Shown: positions 1-12,052, numbered from the stretch's first letter. The stretch is 64,000 nucleotides of DNA from Tortispora ganteri (GCA_003707115.1 PPNB01000004.1:434001-498000); one strand, 5' to 3'. Program-made: numbers and translations. Notes: generated by a model from the sequence alone, not told the origin.

Positions 1-884
1 ACGAAGTTGATGAGAATACAATACTAAACTCATTCTATCTCAAAGCCACCGACTTTTCTCACTTTTATTCATGATGAAACGAGAAGAAAGCCGGCACAAC
101 AGCTGATACATTTGATCAACACTTAATGCATATAGATAAGTATTATTAGTACTATATTATTTTCTTTTCTTTACTTACGCAGAGGGTTATCCTTTTCGAC
201 ATGTCACATAATGCGCAATCAACACCCCCTATATCGTGCACAGAAAGTTATAAAAACAATAGGGTAAAAATTACAGATTTTTACGCGAATATATTTTTTT
301 TCATATCATCCTAATGTGTACTTTTATCAAGGAATAGACAATGAAATACGTCTACATAAGTATTAGAGTATAGCTAAATTACTGTAGGCCAATCAGAACT
401 AATCGCTTACCCAACAGAGAGACCTTCCTTGATTCGCCGCTACATTGTGTCCGTCTACCCAATACAGGAACCATTCAAACTAACCAATCAAAATTATTCG
501 CTTAAATATAAGGTTTCAAAAAATTTGAGTAATCATTGACTTATAAAATCAGGTTAGGGATGTCTATGTACTTGTTAGGGTCAGGGTTCAGTCAATGTTG
601 ACTAATAATAGGTATTGATATTAGGGAAATGGGTATTTCTTGTTTTACTTACAACCAATAGAAGGCGCTGATGGGAAGTTTTACTAGACTGCATTCAATT
701 GGTATGAGTTAGTGCAGCGTATAGCGATAAGGTTATAAGATGTCCGAGAACAGTTCAATTCAAATAGGTTCGCTAAACGCGCCTTTGAGGAATTGCTATA
801 CGCGCAATTTCTCAATTATTATAAATAGATCGTGCGAACATTTCAAATGTACCGTTACCTGCCCTTTTCTGTCTTTAGCTCAAA

Positions 885-1952
885 ATGATTCCCGAAATCC
901 AAAAAGCCCTAACTTGCGATAAACCTTGTGCTGACTATGTATTAAAGCTTGATGACAAATATCCGGTACCTAAACCAGGTTCCAACCAGGTTCTAGTAAG
1001 GCTGACGCATACAGGTGTATGTCACACTGATCTATCGCATTTGACTGATCATTGGGCGCCTGTAATAACTACTGAATGCAAAGTCGTTGGTCACGAAGGT
1101 GTTGGCTGCATCGTCGCTCATGGTCCTGATATCAGGTCGCCAGAGAGTGTACCAATCGGTATGCGTGTCGGACTGACGCTTCTCAAAAGACCCTGTAATC
1201 TATGCGATGAATGCGTTGAGCCTGACCACGAGGCTTATTGTTATCACGGAGACTTACGTACCGGTAATACTGACGGAACGTTTTGCCAATATCAGATAAT
1301 GGATGTCGACTACCTCATACCTATTCCTGATGGGGTACCAGATGAGTTAGCTGGACCTATTTTATGTGGTGGAGTTACTGTGTACAAAGCTATTAAGAAG
1401 AGTGGTCTTTATGCGGGGCAGTGGATCGCTATTATGGGTGCAGGCGGTGGCCTTGGAACAATGGCCATCCAGATAGCGCGATCTCGTGGAATACGCACCA
1501 TTGCTATTGATTCAGGAGATAAACGGGATATTTGCCAATCGGAATCTGTTGAGGCTTTTGTAGACTTCACGAAAGTCGCAGATGTACCTGCAGAAGTTCG
1601 CAAAATCACAGGAGGTCTAGGAGTTCATGTCGCTCTGGTTCTAGTGCCTGCACCAACGGCATATAAACAGGCTGTAGACATGTTGCGCATGCACGGAACA
1701 CTTTTATCAGTTGGAATTACTACACCAGATGCTAGTTTTCCTGTAAAACCATTTGATCTGGTCTTGAAGGATATAAAACTTATCGGCACTCTGATCGGCA
1801 CTCGATGGGACGTTAAAGAGGCCCTCGATTTAGCTGCGCGAGGTCTATTCAAACCTCATATTCAGGTTTATCCAATGGAAGAATGTCGCAAAGTCCTAGA
1901 CGCAATGCACGAAGGAAAGCTGCTTGGACGAGCCGTACTTAAGTTGGACTGA
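885..1952 (+). CDS. Zinc-dependent alcohol dehydrogenase (MDR family), divergent ADH paralog
   Basis: Motifs GVCHTDL, GHEGVG, structural Zn site CNLCDEC-x8-C, LCGGVTVYKA and Rossmann GAGGGLG; 355 aa. Confidence 0.93.
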   Translation: MIPEIQKALTCDKPCADYVLKLDDKYPVPKPGSNQVLVRLTHTGVCHTDLSHLTDHWAPVITTECKVVGHEGVGCIVAHGPDIRSPESVPIGMRVGLTLLKRPCNLCDECVEPDHEAYCYHGDLRTGNTDGTFCQYQIMDVDYLIPIPDGVPDELAGPILCGGVTVYKAIKKSGLYAGQWIAIMGAGGGLGTMAIQIARSRGIRTIAIDSGDKRDICQSESVEAFVDFTKVADVPAEVRKITGGLGVHVALVLVPAPTAYKQAVDMLRMHGTLLSVGITTPDASFPVKPFDLVLKDIKLIGTLIGTRWDVKEALDLAARGLFKPHIQVYPMEECRKVLDAMHEGKLLGRAVLKLD

Positions 1953-2246
1953 TATCCTGGCACGGTTATGTGTCTCGCAACTAGTCGTGTGCGCAAGGCT
2001 CGCTTGAAGCTCGTGTCAATTTATAGGGTAAGGGTATATTGCCCACGTACACTAGGCTTATCGTCTAATAGATTACTTAAGCTCTAACACCATCAGCCTC
2101 CATTCACGGCCTTACCATTTTTCCACACTTGTGATACATAAAAAAGGCTCACTACTTTCTTGTAGTATAGATCAAGTGATTTTAGAAGTTGTACATCGGT
2201 TTTGTCTCAAATAGTAAATGAGAGCCACCCCTCACAAGCTAATCTC

Positions 2247-5150
2247 ATGGTTCGTTTTCGCTCCAAGAAGTCTGCTCAGACTGACCATCTCCAGGCCATA
2301 TATGATCAAACGTACCGCACTTGCATACAAGCTAATCTACTAGAGAATCAGAATCAGTATTCTCAAGCTTTAAGTCATTGGCATTCGGCCTTCAATGTTA
2401 TTGACGCTAACCGAGAAACCATCTATTTTAATCAGAAATCTAATGACCTATCACGAACCCTCATAACGAACATTACTGATCTGGAAACCCAATGCAGAAA
2501 ACACATCTATGATATTAATGCCCGCCTTACTTCGGTTTCAGCTTTTTCGCCACGTTCTTCGTCTCATACTGTTGTTAGAAACCCTGTTCCTAATGCTAAC
2601 AGTTCTGTGTCCTCTCTGAATCGTCGCCCGGCTCCTCCTAAGCAAACACCCAGCAGAACATCTTCGCCTTTAAAAAAATCAATGTTAACTACCCTTAGAG
2701 GCGATGCGATTTCGCCCCCCATACAGCGGACTTCCGTATCAAGGCAATCGTCTTCAAACGACACTCCCGTGTCCGCCTCATTGGCTGCAATACACGCCTG
2801 GCCACAAGACTCTGAGCAACGCCGTTATTCGGAATCTCGTTCTTCTCAGCACGGTCGCTCCGAAACAAAGTCAGACAGCCGCCGGTCTTCTGCAGCAAAA
2901 TCTCCCACCACTCGGACTTCTATCAATAGTCTTGATTACGCTATTCCTTCTGGCCTCCAAACCCCCATCGACCCGCAACATTCTCCGCAAATACCTGCGT
3001 ACGATCAAACATCTACATCTACGAAAGAAGACAATTATGCTCCTCTAATAGATTTTTCTTCATCTATATCTGATGCGATGGATTTTAGTGATGTTTTGAA
3101 TACTTTTACTAGTGATTCAAGTCCTAAAAACCATGCGCGAAAAACTACAAACTCCAATGGTCCGTCTTTTCGAAATAATGATTCTGCACCTGCATCACAT
3201 GTATTACCTCATTCTCAAAAAGATACTGCTGCTTCTAACCCAAAATCCGGTTCTCCTGCAAAGCTTAAAAGACTTTCTGGAGCGAAACTGATTCCAGACT
3301 TTTCCGGGTTTGCCCAGATTCTAACATTAGATAGCAAGAAAGGACATAAAGTGAATAATACGGGCTCTTCTAGTCAGAAAGAATATGCGAAGGAAATCAG
3401 CATAGCACCTGAGAATCCATTTGAACCTGCTATTAGTGACCGGGAAAATGCGAAACCGGTTAGCCGCTTGCCACAAAATTCATCTGACGCAGTAAAAATT
3501 ACTGAACCTGAGATTAAAACCACTAAAGGCAGTGGAAATAGAGTCCAAAATACTGCAGTTATTTGTGAAAAGCCCAAGTTGGTCGAAAAGCCTGTAGCGC
3601 CTCCTGCATCGCAGGTGAATGATTCATTCTTATTACCTTCACCATCGTTAGATGCAAAAGTGACATCTGTTACACCACCACCGCTACCCAGATCTGCACC
3701 TCCACCTTTGCCTAGGTCTAATCCCCAAGATATTTCCACTTTGACAGAAGCAGCACCGGCTCAAAAGAAATCAAAAGACAAAACTGCATTTAACGCAATG
3801 AATTCGAAAGCTGCGAATGCTAGGAAAATGAAAATACCAGTGAATAGTGGTTCTGCAGCCAAACCTGCGGTGAGATATGTTGCTACTGCCCAGCGAGGTC
3901 TTGTGAAAGTACCGGATGCGCCTACGGTGAAATCTGTAATGGCACATCCTCGAAGCAAATCGACTCCTCCTACGATAAAAGCCGCATCAATTGCTTCCAA
4001 TAATGCCAAAAAAAAGGAAGCAAATTCTGTCAGTATTAACAGCAGTGCGTCATCAAAGTCAGCAAAAAATCACACGCGCAAGTCTGAAGAACCAGCTAAA
4101 GCTGATACTAAACTACTGAAGGTTGACAATAATGCCGGCGTGGACGACACTGTTGATGACATAATTGTGGCCACCGGTAACGAAGAATTCAACAAGAAGG
4201 TAAAAAATGCCTACAAAAAAGTGAAAGGTGTGGACAAACTTGCAGCGGAACAAATAATCAACGACATTGTGGTCCAAGGGGACGAAGTATATTGGTCAGA
4301 CATTGCTGGTCTTGAAGCGGCTAAATCTAGTCTTAAGGAGACTGTTGTCTACCCTTTTCTGAGACCAGATTTGTTCAGAGGGTTGAGAGAACCAGCACGT
4401 GGTATGTTACTGTTTGGACCTCCAGGTACTGGTAAAACTATGCTGGCCAGAGCGGTAGCCACGGAGTCTCATTCCACATTTTTTTCTATATCTGCCTCCT
4501 CTTTAACATCAAAATATTTAGGAGAAAGCGAAAAGCTTGTACGCGCACTATTTGCACTAGCCAAAGAACTTGCACCTTCTATTATATTTGTTGATGAAAT
4601 TGATTCTTTGCTATCCACCCGAAATGATAGTGGTGAACATGAAGCTACGAGAAGAATTAAGAATGAGTTTTTGGTGAAATGGAGTGACTTGCAACACGCA
4701 GCAGCGGGACGTGATAAAGACGATGATGACGCGAGGCGTGTATTGGTGTTAGCTGCTACCAATTTACCTTGGGCTATAGACGAAGCTGCCAGACGTAGAT
4801 TTGTGCGGAGACAATATATCCCTTTACCTGAACGAGAGACAAGAAAAGCTCAAATTGAAAAATTAATGAGCCATCAACACAAGTCTCTTAGTGAGGAAGA
4901 CATTGAACGCATACTTGATTTGACTGACGGATTTTCGGGTAGTGATTTAACTGCCTTGGCCAAAGATGCAGCAATGGGTCCTCTTAGAGAACTCGGGGAG
5001 GCATTATTGAGCACACCAAGAGATGAAATTCGGCCGATAAACGTTGATGATTTTGTCGCAAGTTTACAATACATCCGACCCAGTGTTTCTAAGGACGGAC
5101 TAGAGCGATATGAGGAATGGGCAGCCAAATATGGAAGCTCAGGTGCATGA
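2247..5150 (+). CDS. Spastin/fidgetin-like AAA ATPase (Yta6/Sap1 family)
   Basis: C-terminal AAA domain ([46 protein letters not shown], Vps4-type C-terminus), long Ser/Pro-rich linker and MIT-like helical N-terminus. First ATG is at 2247 (track start 2202 is TTG). Confidence 0.9.
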   Translation: MVRFRSKKSAQTDHLQAIYDQTYRTCIQANLLENQNQYSQALSHWHSAFNVIDANRETIYFNQKSNDLSRTLITNITDLETQCRKHIYDINARLTSVSAFSPRSSSHTVVRNPVPNANSSVSSLNRRPAPPKQTPSRTSSPLKKSMLTTLRGDAISPPIQRTSVSRQSSSNDTPVSASLAAIHAWPQDSEQRRYSESRSSQHGRSETKSDSRRSSAAKSPTTRTSINSLDYAIPSGLQTPIDPQHSPQIPAYDQTSTSTKEDNYAPLIDFSSSISDAMDFSDVLNTFTSDSSPKNHARKTTNSNGPSFRNNDSAPASHVLPHSQKDTAASNPKSGSPAKLKRLSGAKLIPDFSGFAQILTLDSKKGHKVNNTGSSSQKEYAKEISIAPENPFEPAISDRENAKPVSRLPQNSSDAVKITEPEIKTTKGSGNRVQNTAVICEKPKLVEKPVAPPASQVNDSFLLPSPSLDAKVTSVTPPPLPRSAPPPLPRSNPQDISTLTEAAPAQKKSKDKTAFNAMNSKAANARKMKIPVNSGSAAKPAVRYVATAQRGLVKVPDAPTVKSVMAHPRSKSTPPTIKAASIASNNAKKKEANSVSINSSASSKSAKNHTRKSEEPAKADTKLLKVDNNAGVDDTVDDIIVATGNEEFNKKVKNAYKKVKGVDKLAAEQIINDIVVQGDEVYWSDIAGLEAAKSSLKETVVYPFLRPDLFRGLREPARGMLLFGPPGTGKTMLARAVATESHSTFFSISASSLTSKYLGESEKLVRALFALAKELAPSIIFVDEIDSLLSTRNDSGEHEATRRIKNEFLVKWSDLQHAAAGRDKDDDDARRVLVLAATNLPWAIDEAARRRFVRRQYIPLPERETRKAQIEKLMSHQHKSLSEEDIERILDLTDGFSGSDLTALAKDAAMGPLRELGEALLSTPRDEIRPINVDDFVASLQYIRPSVSKDGLERYEEWAAKYGSSGA

Positions 5151-5272
5151 GATGCTGTATGACAATTGCATACATTTTTTGCATACATATAAATACTTCA
5201 GCATATATGGATTATTTACAATATTTTCGTAAGGACAATCGTGGATTTCTGCGCGAGCGTACACCCTTGTAG

Positions 5273-5977
5273 CTACTGAGCAGATGCGGTGGCTGCTTTT
5301 TCATCTCTTGATTTGATGATGTTCTTGTACATGTTGTGGCTGATAAGAAGAGGGTCTTTTCCTAATGAGCGAATATAATCGTCTTCCTCCTGGATCTTTT
5401 CGATGATGTTATCGAGGTTTTTCGATACATCTTGTAAATCTTGGTTAAGCTGTGTAGAGAGGAGCTGTATAGGGGGTGGTATCACAGTCCAACCGTGAGA
5501 TTCAGCTATCTGCGCCGCCTTTCGTCCTCTTTCAGCAATTTCCTCAGGTCCGAGAGACCTATAACCATGCGCAAAATGATGTCTCGTAACGTATTTAAGG
5601 TCGGCCCATATTTTACGAGATCGGGCTCTCTCCTTTTCAGCTTTTAACATTCTATCCACTTCCTGCTGAAAAGGAGAGCGATGAGACTCTGCATCTTCCT
5701 TTGAGATTTGGTCCAGCTCAATAAGTTTCTGGCCCGTTCCAATTCGGATTTCAGCCAATGCAAATCTTTTAAGCGCAGACATAGGTCGACAAGCTTCTAT
5801 GCGCACAACATCTCCGGTTTTAGCTAGTTCACCTTCGTCATGTACCAGAAATGTCTTCTTAGACATTATCTGCTTGTGGACCTTTTTATGATATGTCGGC
5901 CGCTGTACAGAGACGCGTATTGTCTTAGCCATCTTTCCATGACCTGTAACCAGGCCTATAAAATTTTGTTTAGTCAT
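5273..5977 (-). CDS. MRPS17: Mitochondrial ribosomal protein uS17m
   Basis: S17 domain (FIGLVTGHGKMAKTIRV...LVHDE...GDVVRIEACRPMSALKRF) plus a fungal C-terminal extension. Confidence 0.9.
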   Translation of the reverse strand: MTKQNFIGLVTGHGKMAKTIRVSVQRPTYHKKVHKQIMSKKTFLVHDEGELAKTGDVVRIEACRPMSALKRFALAEIRIGTGQKLIELDQISKEDAESHRSPFQQEVDRMLKAEKERARSRKIWADLKYVTRHHFAHGYRSLGPEEIAERGRKAAQIAESHGWTVIPPPIQLLSTQLNQDLQDVSKNLDNIIEKIQEEDDYIRSLGKDPLLISHNMYKNIIKSRDEKAATASAQ

Positions 5978-7079
5978 GATGATGTAGTGTTTGTTAGATC
6001 CAATAATTGGATTTTGATTAGTTCAGGTATATTGGTTACAGTGTATAGGTACAGGGGTTACGCAGTGTCTTATCGTTTACTACCTTCCTGGATTTAGTTG
6101 CTCTCTTTCTCTAACTCACAGTGGTCTGACTTTGAGTGCTTCTTGGATATAGAGCCGTTTAACCGCACTTACCGATATCGATTTAGCCCCAATTTACTAC
6201 AAGGCTTTCCACGCTTCAAAAGATTTAAATCCTGTCTTTTTTTTTTAAGAAATAAATGTATATTACTTGATCTATACCACTTTATTAGTGCCCGTTCTGC
6301 TGCTCTCTAGTCAAGATACAACTGGTAACAGGAATTGGGACTTATACCGCTGTTGCTAGGCCTTTTGTCTCACGCCTACATATTACTAGAGTGTCGGGAA
6401 TATATTAAGGTAATTTAACCGCCGGGCAGTGACGAATCGGTTCTACAAGCAGAAAAGCGCTTGTAAATATATGTAGTGCAGGTTGGTGGAATGTTTTTCG
6501 ATGTATGTATCTTATGCACCAGTAATAGTGCTAAAACTTCTGAGTAGTATTTCCTGATGGTCAATGAAATTGACATATATTATCGGCAGGTCCGGAAGAT
6601 GCGCCAGCCTTTTTGTCACCAAGGGCTAGGGGTTTCACTCAAAGTCCACCTTACACAGCGCTTACCTCAGCTGCATCGGAAGTTAACGTCTCTTCTCGAC
6701 AATTTGTTGCTCGTTGCAGCTGCAAGAATCATTCGGAGGATAATCCTTGCTCTTGTTCTAAGTAAGCTTGGATAATTGATTGCATTAGTTATTGTCTCCT
6801 GGAGCAGCTTTGCCCCCTTCTACTGACAGACTTTCTCGCCCTTACTCTATCTATCCCCGGTTTTTTCTCGACCATTTCTAACACCTCTCGTGTTTCTCCT
6901 TTACCGCTCATCTGCACCTTTAATAATAGTGCCGCATAATATAGAATCTACGCTACTTGCTTGTTCAATTTAAATTATACTAGCTAGCGTATTTCAGCAC
7001 TCTCTCTTCCTGCTGAACTGTTTCTTATTGCTGCCCGGCTACGTCCTATTTGTGCGTCACAAATTCTCACATATTTGCA

Positions 7080-8078
7080 ATGGTGACAATGGTTGCACAA
7101 ATTCCTTCTACTAGTACTACATCTATCCCGGAAATAATACCAGTTGGACCAGATGCTGAGTATGATTACGAAGCTTTACCAGGTAACTACTCCTTAGCTG
7201 CAAACCTAACTGCTGGTGCTTTTGCCGGAATTATGGAGCATTCCGTAATGTATCCGGTCGATGCGGTTAAAACTAGAATGCAAGTCTTAAGCAAGGCAGA
7301 AATATACAGTGGAATGACTAATGCTGTGTCACGCATTTCCGCTGCTGAAGGAGCCAGAGTACTATGGCGCGGCGTCTCGTCCGTTGTCATAGGGTCGGGT
7401 CCGGCGCACGCTCTATATTTTACTGTTTATGAACATGCAAAAGATGCTTTTTTGAAGCTGGCCAGAGGTGATGATCGGGGAACTGGCTCAGGAACATATG
7501 AGACAAACAACTCGACGTTTATGTTGGCAACCGCCGCTGCTGGTTCTTGTGCTACTATAGCTTGCGATGCCATAATGAACCCTTTTGATGTAGTTAAGCA
7601 AAGAATGCAAGTCTCCACAGGTGCGAATTATTCTTCTATATTCTCTTGTGCTGCTGATGTTTACCGTCGTGAAGGTTTGTCGGCATTTTATATATCCTAT
7701 CCTACTACGCTGACCATGAGCATCCCTTTTCAAGCGATTAACTTCTCCAGCTACGAAGCTCTCTCCAACATTCTGAACCCCTCCAAGCACTACGATCCTC
7801 TTTCGCATTGCATTGCGGGCGGTGTTGCTGGTGCTACTGCTGCTGCACTTACCAATCCTGTCGACGTCATTAAAACTGTGCTGCAAACCAAAGGTGTGTC
7901 AAGCGATACTTCCATCAGGGAAGCCAAATCTTTTATGGATGCTGCTAGACTCATATATCAGCATGATGGCGCCTCTGGATTTCTTAGAGGTTTGCGACCG
8001 AGAATTGTTGCAAACGTTCCTTCAACTGCAATATGCTGGTCGGCTTATGAATTAGCGAAGTTCTATTTGAAGACTTAA
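7080..8078 (+). CDS. MRS3: Mitochondrial iron carrier (mitoferrin, Mrs3/Mrs4 family)
   Basis: DYEALP, AGAFAGIMEHSVMYPVDAVKTRMQ, GPAHALYF and MNPFDVVKQRMQ; three carrier repeats. ATG at 7080 (or 7089). MRS3 and MRS4 cannot be distinguished. Confidence 0.92.
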   Translation: MVTMVAQIPSTSTTSIPEIIPVGPDAEYDYEALPGNYSLAANLTAGAFAGIMEHSVMYPVDAVKTRMQVLSKAEIYSGMTNAVSRISAAEGARVLWRGVSSVVIGSGPAHALYFTVYEHAKDAFLKLARGDDRGTGSGTYETNNSTFMLATAAAGSCATIACDAIMNPFDVVKQRMQVSTGANYSSIFSCAADVYRREGLSAFYISYPTTLTMSIPFQAINFSSYEALSNILNPSKHYDPLSHCIAGGVAGATAAALTNPVDVIKTVLQTKGVSSDTSIREAKSFMDAARLIYQHDGASGFLRGLRPRIVANVPSTAICWSAYELAKFYLKT

Positions 8079-8328
8079 AGAGAAGGCCTTATGGTCACTA
8101 TGACGATATGCGAAAACAAGAGATAGCCTACTTTTTGTCATATTATTTGTATTCATTTTGAATCATTTATGGTGGGTGTTCTTTACTTTTCTTTGTATTC
8201 TAATGATCACTAGTGTGTACGAAAGGAGCATAGCTTTGTCGCTACGGTGGTTGGATGATATCATTTCTCTTTCATAATAGCACAGGAACATACAACTTAT
8301 GATTACATTTTCTTACCTTGCAATGTTA

Positions 8329-9837
8329 TTAATTAGAGAGATTGTACTTCCATCTACCTTCTAAAAGCCCCAACTGAGTATCTTTTAGTAGTAAACTTCT
8401 TCTCGTGCTGACGTATGAAGTCATGTCTAATAGTTCTAATCGTTTTGTGGCTAGCTCTGTAGTATTCCTTTCGAACATTTCAGATAGTTTTTCGACAGCT
8501 AGCTCCAAGTCTTGCTGATTATTCTCGAAAATGTGTGTGTTGTTGTTCCGCTCGAGGTAAAACGCAAAAGCATATGTCCACATCAAGGTACGTCGGCATT
8601 GCTGCAATACGTCAGAAGCTTTTGCAAGATACTGGACTTCGATCCAGGTCATGCTAGTTGAATTTTGCAAATCTGTCATTTTCTTTTGCGTGCGTAAGTA
8701 AAGCTTTTTATCCAAACGAGCACTTTCAAGATGATTGGCATATCTATTATAATAATGAAGATATCGTTCAAGGCTTGCTTTGGACTTGGCCTGTTGATCA
8801 CGAGCTTCCTGGCCAGACTTTTCATCGTATCGAGAACAGTTATAGTAAGCAGTTCCATGTTCACTCCAAGGTCCTGAACACACCCAGCACCATTCATGTC
8901 CGCATTTCCGGCACAACATGTGATTACAGCCACCATTTTTTTCAATAGTCGCTTGGCATTTAGGACAGCCTTTCGTGTGCACATTAATCCAATTTGCAGT
9001 CTCCGAGTCGTCAGCACACTTTTTGTTCCATTTGGCAAATAGTCTGCATATACAAGGCGCGTGTTCTTCGTTGCTACATCCGAAACAAAACTTATGACCG
9101 TCACTGCACTCAACGGTGGGTATAATGTGATCCAGGTCAGCCTGATTCAGTTTACACTCAACCGCATAAGTACAGTCAGGATAGATGCACCATTTTAAAT
9201 ATGGTAGACAATTCACGTATAACTTAATCAGCTGATCTCGGTAGCGGTAATAGTCTGAGGGTGAAAGAAGTAATTTGTAGGCAGAATCAGTAATAGGGAA
9301 GCTGCATTCGCTATTCAAACAGCAGTTAAGTCGAATATCGCCTTCTGAGACGCGCATCCGCAAATAGGTTTTGAAGCATGAAGCGCAGTAGCGATGCCCG
9401 CAAGGTAAAGCAAACGTTACCGGGTCTGTTGCATCATCGTAACATACCGCGCAGAGAAAATCCGGGGGTGCCGGAAGAAGACACGGAGCGAATGAATAAT
9501 CAGCATATTTGAGATCTAGTCCAATAGATTGCAAGGTTCGCGCTGGGTTATCGAGGTAACGTTCCCCTAGCCATTCTACGCTAAATTTGTTATGTATCAG
9601 AAGCAGTTCCGCCACTTCATGCGAAAGCCCACATAAATTCTGAATCTGGTTTACAGATGAGACAAAGCGCTGCTTAAGTTGCTCGCGAGAAAGCGAAACG
9701 TAGGGAACTTCATATGACAGTGTTTCTTCTGCAACCACGGAAACGACTGAATTTGTATCCAGGTCGTCATAGCCGTCATCTTCGAATGCATCAAACGACT
9801 GATCCGTGGTGAAGCCGGTACTAATATCTGAGTCCAT
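8329..9837 (-). CDS. HEL1: Ariadne-family RBR E3 ubiquitin ligase
   Basis: Acidic N-terminus, RING1 (CAVC...CGHRYCASC), IBR, RING2 (CPKCQATIEKNGGCNHMLC) and Ariadne domain (LERYLHYYNRYANH). Confidence 0.9.
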   Translation of the reverse strand: MDSDISTGFTTDQSFDAFEDDGYDDLDTNSVVSVVAEETLSYEVPYVSLSREQLKQRFVSSVNQIQNLCGLSHEVAELLLIHNKFSVEWLGERYLDNPARTLQSIGLDLKYADYSFAPCLLPAPPDFLCAVCYDDATDPVTFALPCGHRYCASCFKTYLRMRVSEGDIRLNCCLNSECSFPITDSAYKLLLSPSDYYRYRDQLIKLYVNCLPYLKWCIYPDCTYAVECKLNQADLDHIIPTVECSDGHKFCFGCSNEEHAPCICRLFAKWNKKCADDSETANWINVHTKGCPKCQATIEKNGGCNHMLCRKCGHEWCWVCSGPWSEHGTAYYNCSRYDEKSGQEARDQQAKSKASLERYLHYYNRYANHLESARLDKKLYLRTQKKMTDLQNSTSMTWIEVQYLAKASDVLQQCRRTLMWTYAFAFYLERNNNTHIFENNQQDLELAVEKLSEMFERNTTELATKRLELLDMTSYVSTRRSLLLKDTQLGLLEGRWKYNLSN

Positions 9838-11755
9838 ATGAGATTATATGTGCAATTAAAGCTGAATTATTAAATGATACTGAAAGATGGAAAAGTGGTT
9901 AAAGGTAGTACGTGCACAAATTTCGCGAACTTGCCTGGATTAGAGAGTCAGGACGGTTGAGTAGTTGTGTAAACGGATGAGAGAGAACAATCAAGCCAAG
10001 GGTTCACTTCTTTGGGACTTTCCGCGATGAGTAATCACCCGTTATAATACATTATGTTCTAAAGAATAGACGTAATTTCCACAAACATGAAGAAATGCAC
10101 AACTAACTAATAACTAGCCTGTCTTGATTTGGCCGGTTTTTTAAGCTGGTCTTGATGCATCTTTGAACAATATGTGGTGTTAATCAAAGACAGCAAGCAG
10201 ATAATGAAGGGTCAAGGGTTAAATAAAATAGCGGCGAACTCTGTCGATTCTTTTTAAAGCAGTCGAACAAGCATAAATATTACGTATTTAAGTCTTAGAC
10301 CACAAATCTAATAGGCAATAGAATAGCTCTCATACCCTTAGTCTTGAGGCGTTCGTAGTAGATACGGGCATATTTTTCCCTAATGTGACAAAGTTGCACA
10401 GCGACCACGCAACCACTCGACTACTCCCACATGGTTAACTTCCGAAGCCGATCGAAAGGATAGTAATACACCGTTCAATGTGACGCTTCTTATTACTCTA
10501 TTGGCTTATTGTAACAATGAGAACATTTAAACGTTGAGTAATTTAGTCTATGTTCTTTTGATATTTTAAGGCGTATTTAGGTTTGTTTAAAGGAACTATT
10601 CGGAAACTTTACACCGAGCATAAGCCAGTATTGACCGAATAAGGTTTCGAACTGAAGATGTTGGCGAATGGTTCGCTTCCCGTGCTCTGTAGGTCGCATA
10701 GACCACTGAGCTGAATGTAATCCTGTACCATTTAAAACGTAAAGGTTGCATCGGCCGTGTACATCGAGGATCTTGGAAGGAGGAGGAGCTGCACAATGTC
10801 TGAAAATGTCACTGACAACTTTATATGACATTGGCACCGAAAGAGCTTAATCGCATTTCGAAATCCATCATTGGACATGCGAAAATACGACTTTTAACTT
10901 TTTCCATAAGGTGACTAATGTGCGTGGGCACATAAACCATCTTGACTGCAGATACAGCATATCTTCGCTATGCAAGTTGTGTTCAAGGTCGGTACAATGT
11001 GGATACAGAGATATTTAGCAGAAGAACGTGTGAAACTCTAGCTGTGGTAAATAGTTATTATGTTTAATGTATCTGAATTATGTAGGTTGTCGATCGGAAA
11101 ACGGAAGAAAGAAAAGAACATTTGTCACAGTCACGTGTAGGCTAATACATTATGAGACTCCAGATCTAAATCCTGTAGGTCTTCGTGGCAATACTGCAAT
11201 CGAGTCTTGTTCTAAATTTTGTACTTATTGCTAATGTTTGTGGGAACGCAAGTTCGCGGTAGAGATCTCTTTGTTCCCCGCTTGTACCCTATCCTAAGGC
11301 GGATTCTTGACTTGAGTTTTTTAGTTGACCGCCGCAAAGTTTTTCATAACCTCACCTAGACTAATTACAGTAACGAGAACCTCTATGAACATTGCTTTGA
11401 AGATGCTATTAAGATAAACAACTACTAATGTGTTTTCAGTTTCCTGGCTTTTTAGCATAGCTGCTACGTTCAAAATAGCAATGTTAGCTAGCATGAAAAT
11501 CTTACGTAGGCCTTGCAATCGAGTGGGCTACAATGGTATGTACCAACTTAAAAACAAGACAAAATAACTTTAAACAAATTAAACACATTCCATAAGTATG
11601 ATAAGGTTTTGGTCTAGCTGCTTTTAGTGGGCGGCCTCTTTTAGTTTCATTTCTCGCTCTCGCAATATAAAAAGCTGTAGGCCCCCCATTAACTCAGAAC
11701 TGGACTGCCAGAATATTGCCTTAGATTTCAAGTGAATATTTGTCATACTTTCGCG

Positions 11756-12052
11756 ATGAAATTTTCTTCTGCTTTATATGCTTTGTCCGCTCTTAGCGCT
11801 GTGGTCTCCGCTGGTGATACTACTACCTCTTACACTACCGTCAAGGTGACCGTCATGGACGAAAGTTGCCCTACTGACATTCCCGTTGTCACACCTGGTA
11901 CTTCTGTTGTTCACATTTCCGGCCTTACCACTGATGCTGGCACTACTACCTCTACTGCTGGTGTTACTTTCGCTACTGCAAACGCTGCTCCTGCTCTCAC
12001 TTTCAGCTCCGGAGCCATGGCTCTTGCTGTTGCTGCTGTTCTCCTTTGCTAA
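11756..12052 (+). CDS. Small Ser/Thr-rich GPI-anchored cell-wall protein (98 aa)
   Basis: Signal peptide MKFSSALYALSALSAVVSA, Thr-rich core and C-terminal NAA + hydrophobic tail. Codon usage is strongly biased (ACT/GCT/GTT), and TATAAAA lies near 11666. Confidence 0.85.
   Translation: MKFSSALYALSALSAVVSAGDTTTSYTTVKVTVMDESCPTDIPVVTPGTSVVHISGLTTDAGTTTSTAGVTFATANAAPALTFSSGAMALAVAAVLLC

Noticed and set aside
3..74. Possible 3' end of a CDS entering the window (EVDENTILNSFYLKATDFSHFYS*)
   Set aside because: Too short to support without the upstream sequence.
1950..2087. Stop-codon readthrough of the ADH giving a 44-aa extension ending -LKL
   Set aside because: The stop context is TGA TAT rather than the leaky TGA CTA, LKL is a poor PTS1, and the extension runs through the telobox motif.
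6587..6609. CAGGTCCGGAAG resembling SRP RNA helix 8
   Set aside because: The downstream bases cannot close the stem, and the conserved AGCAG strand is missing.
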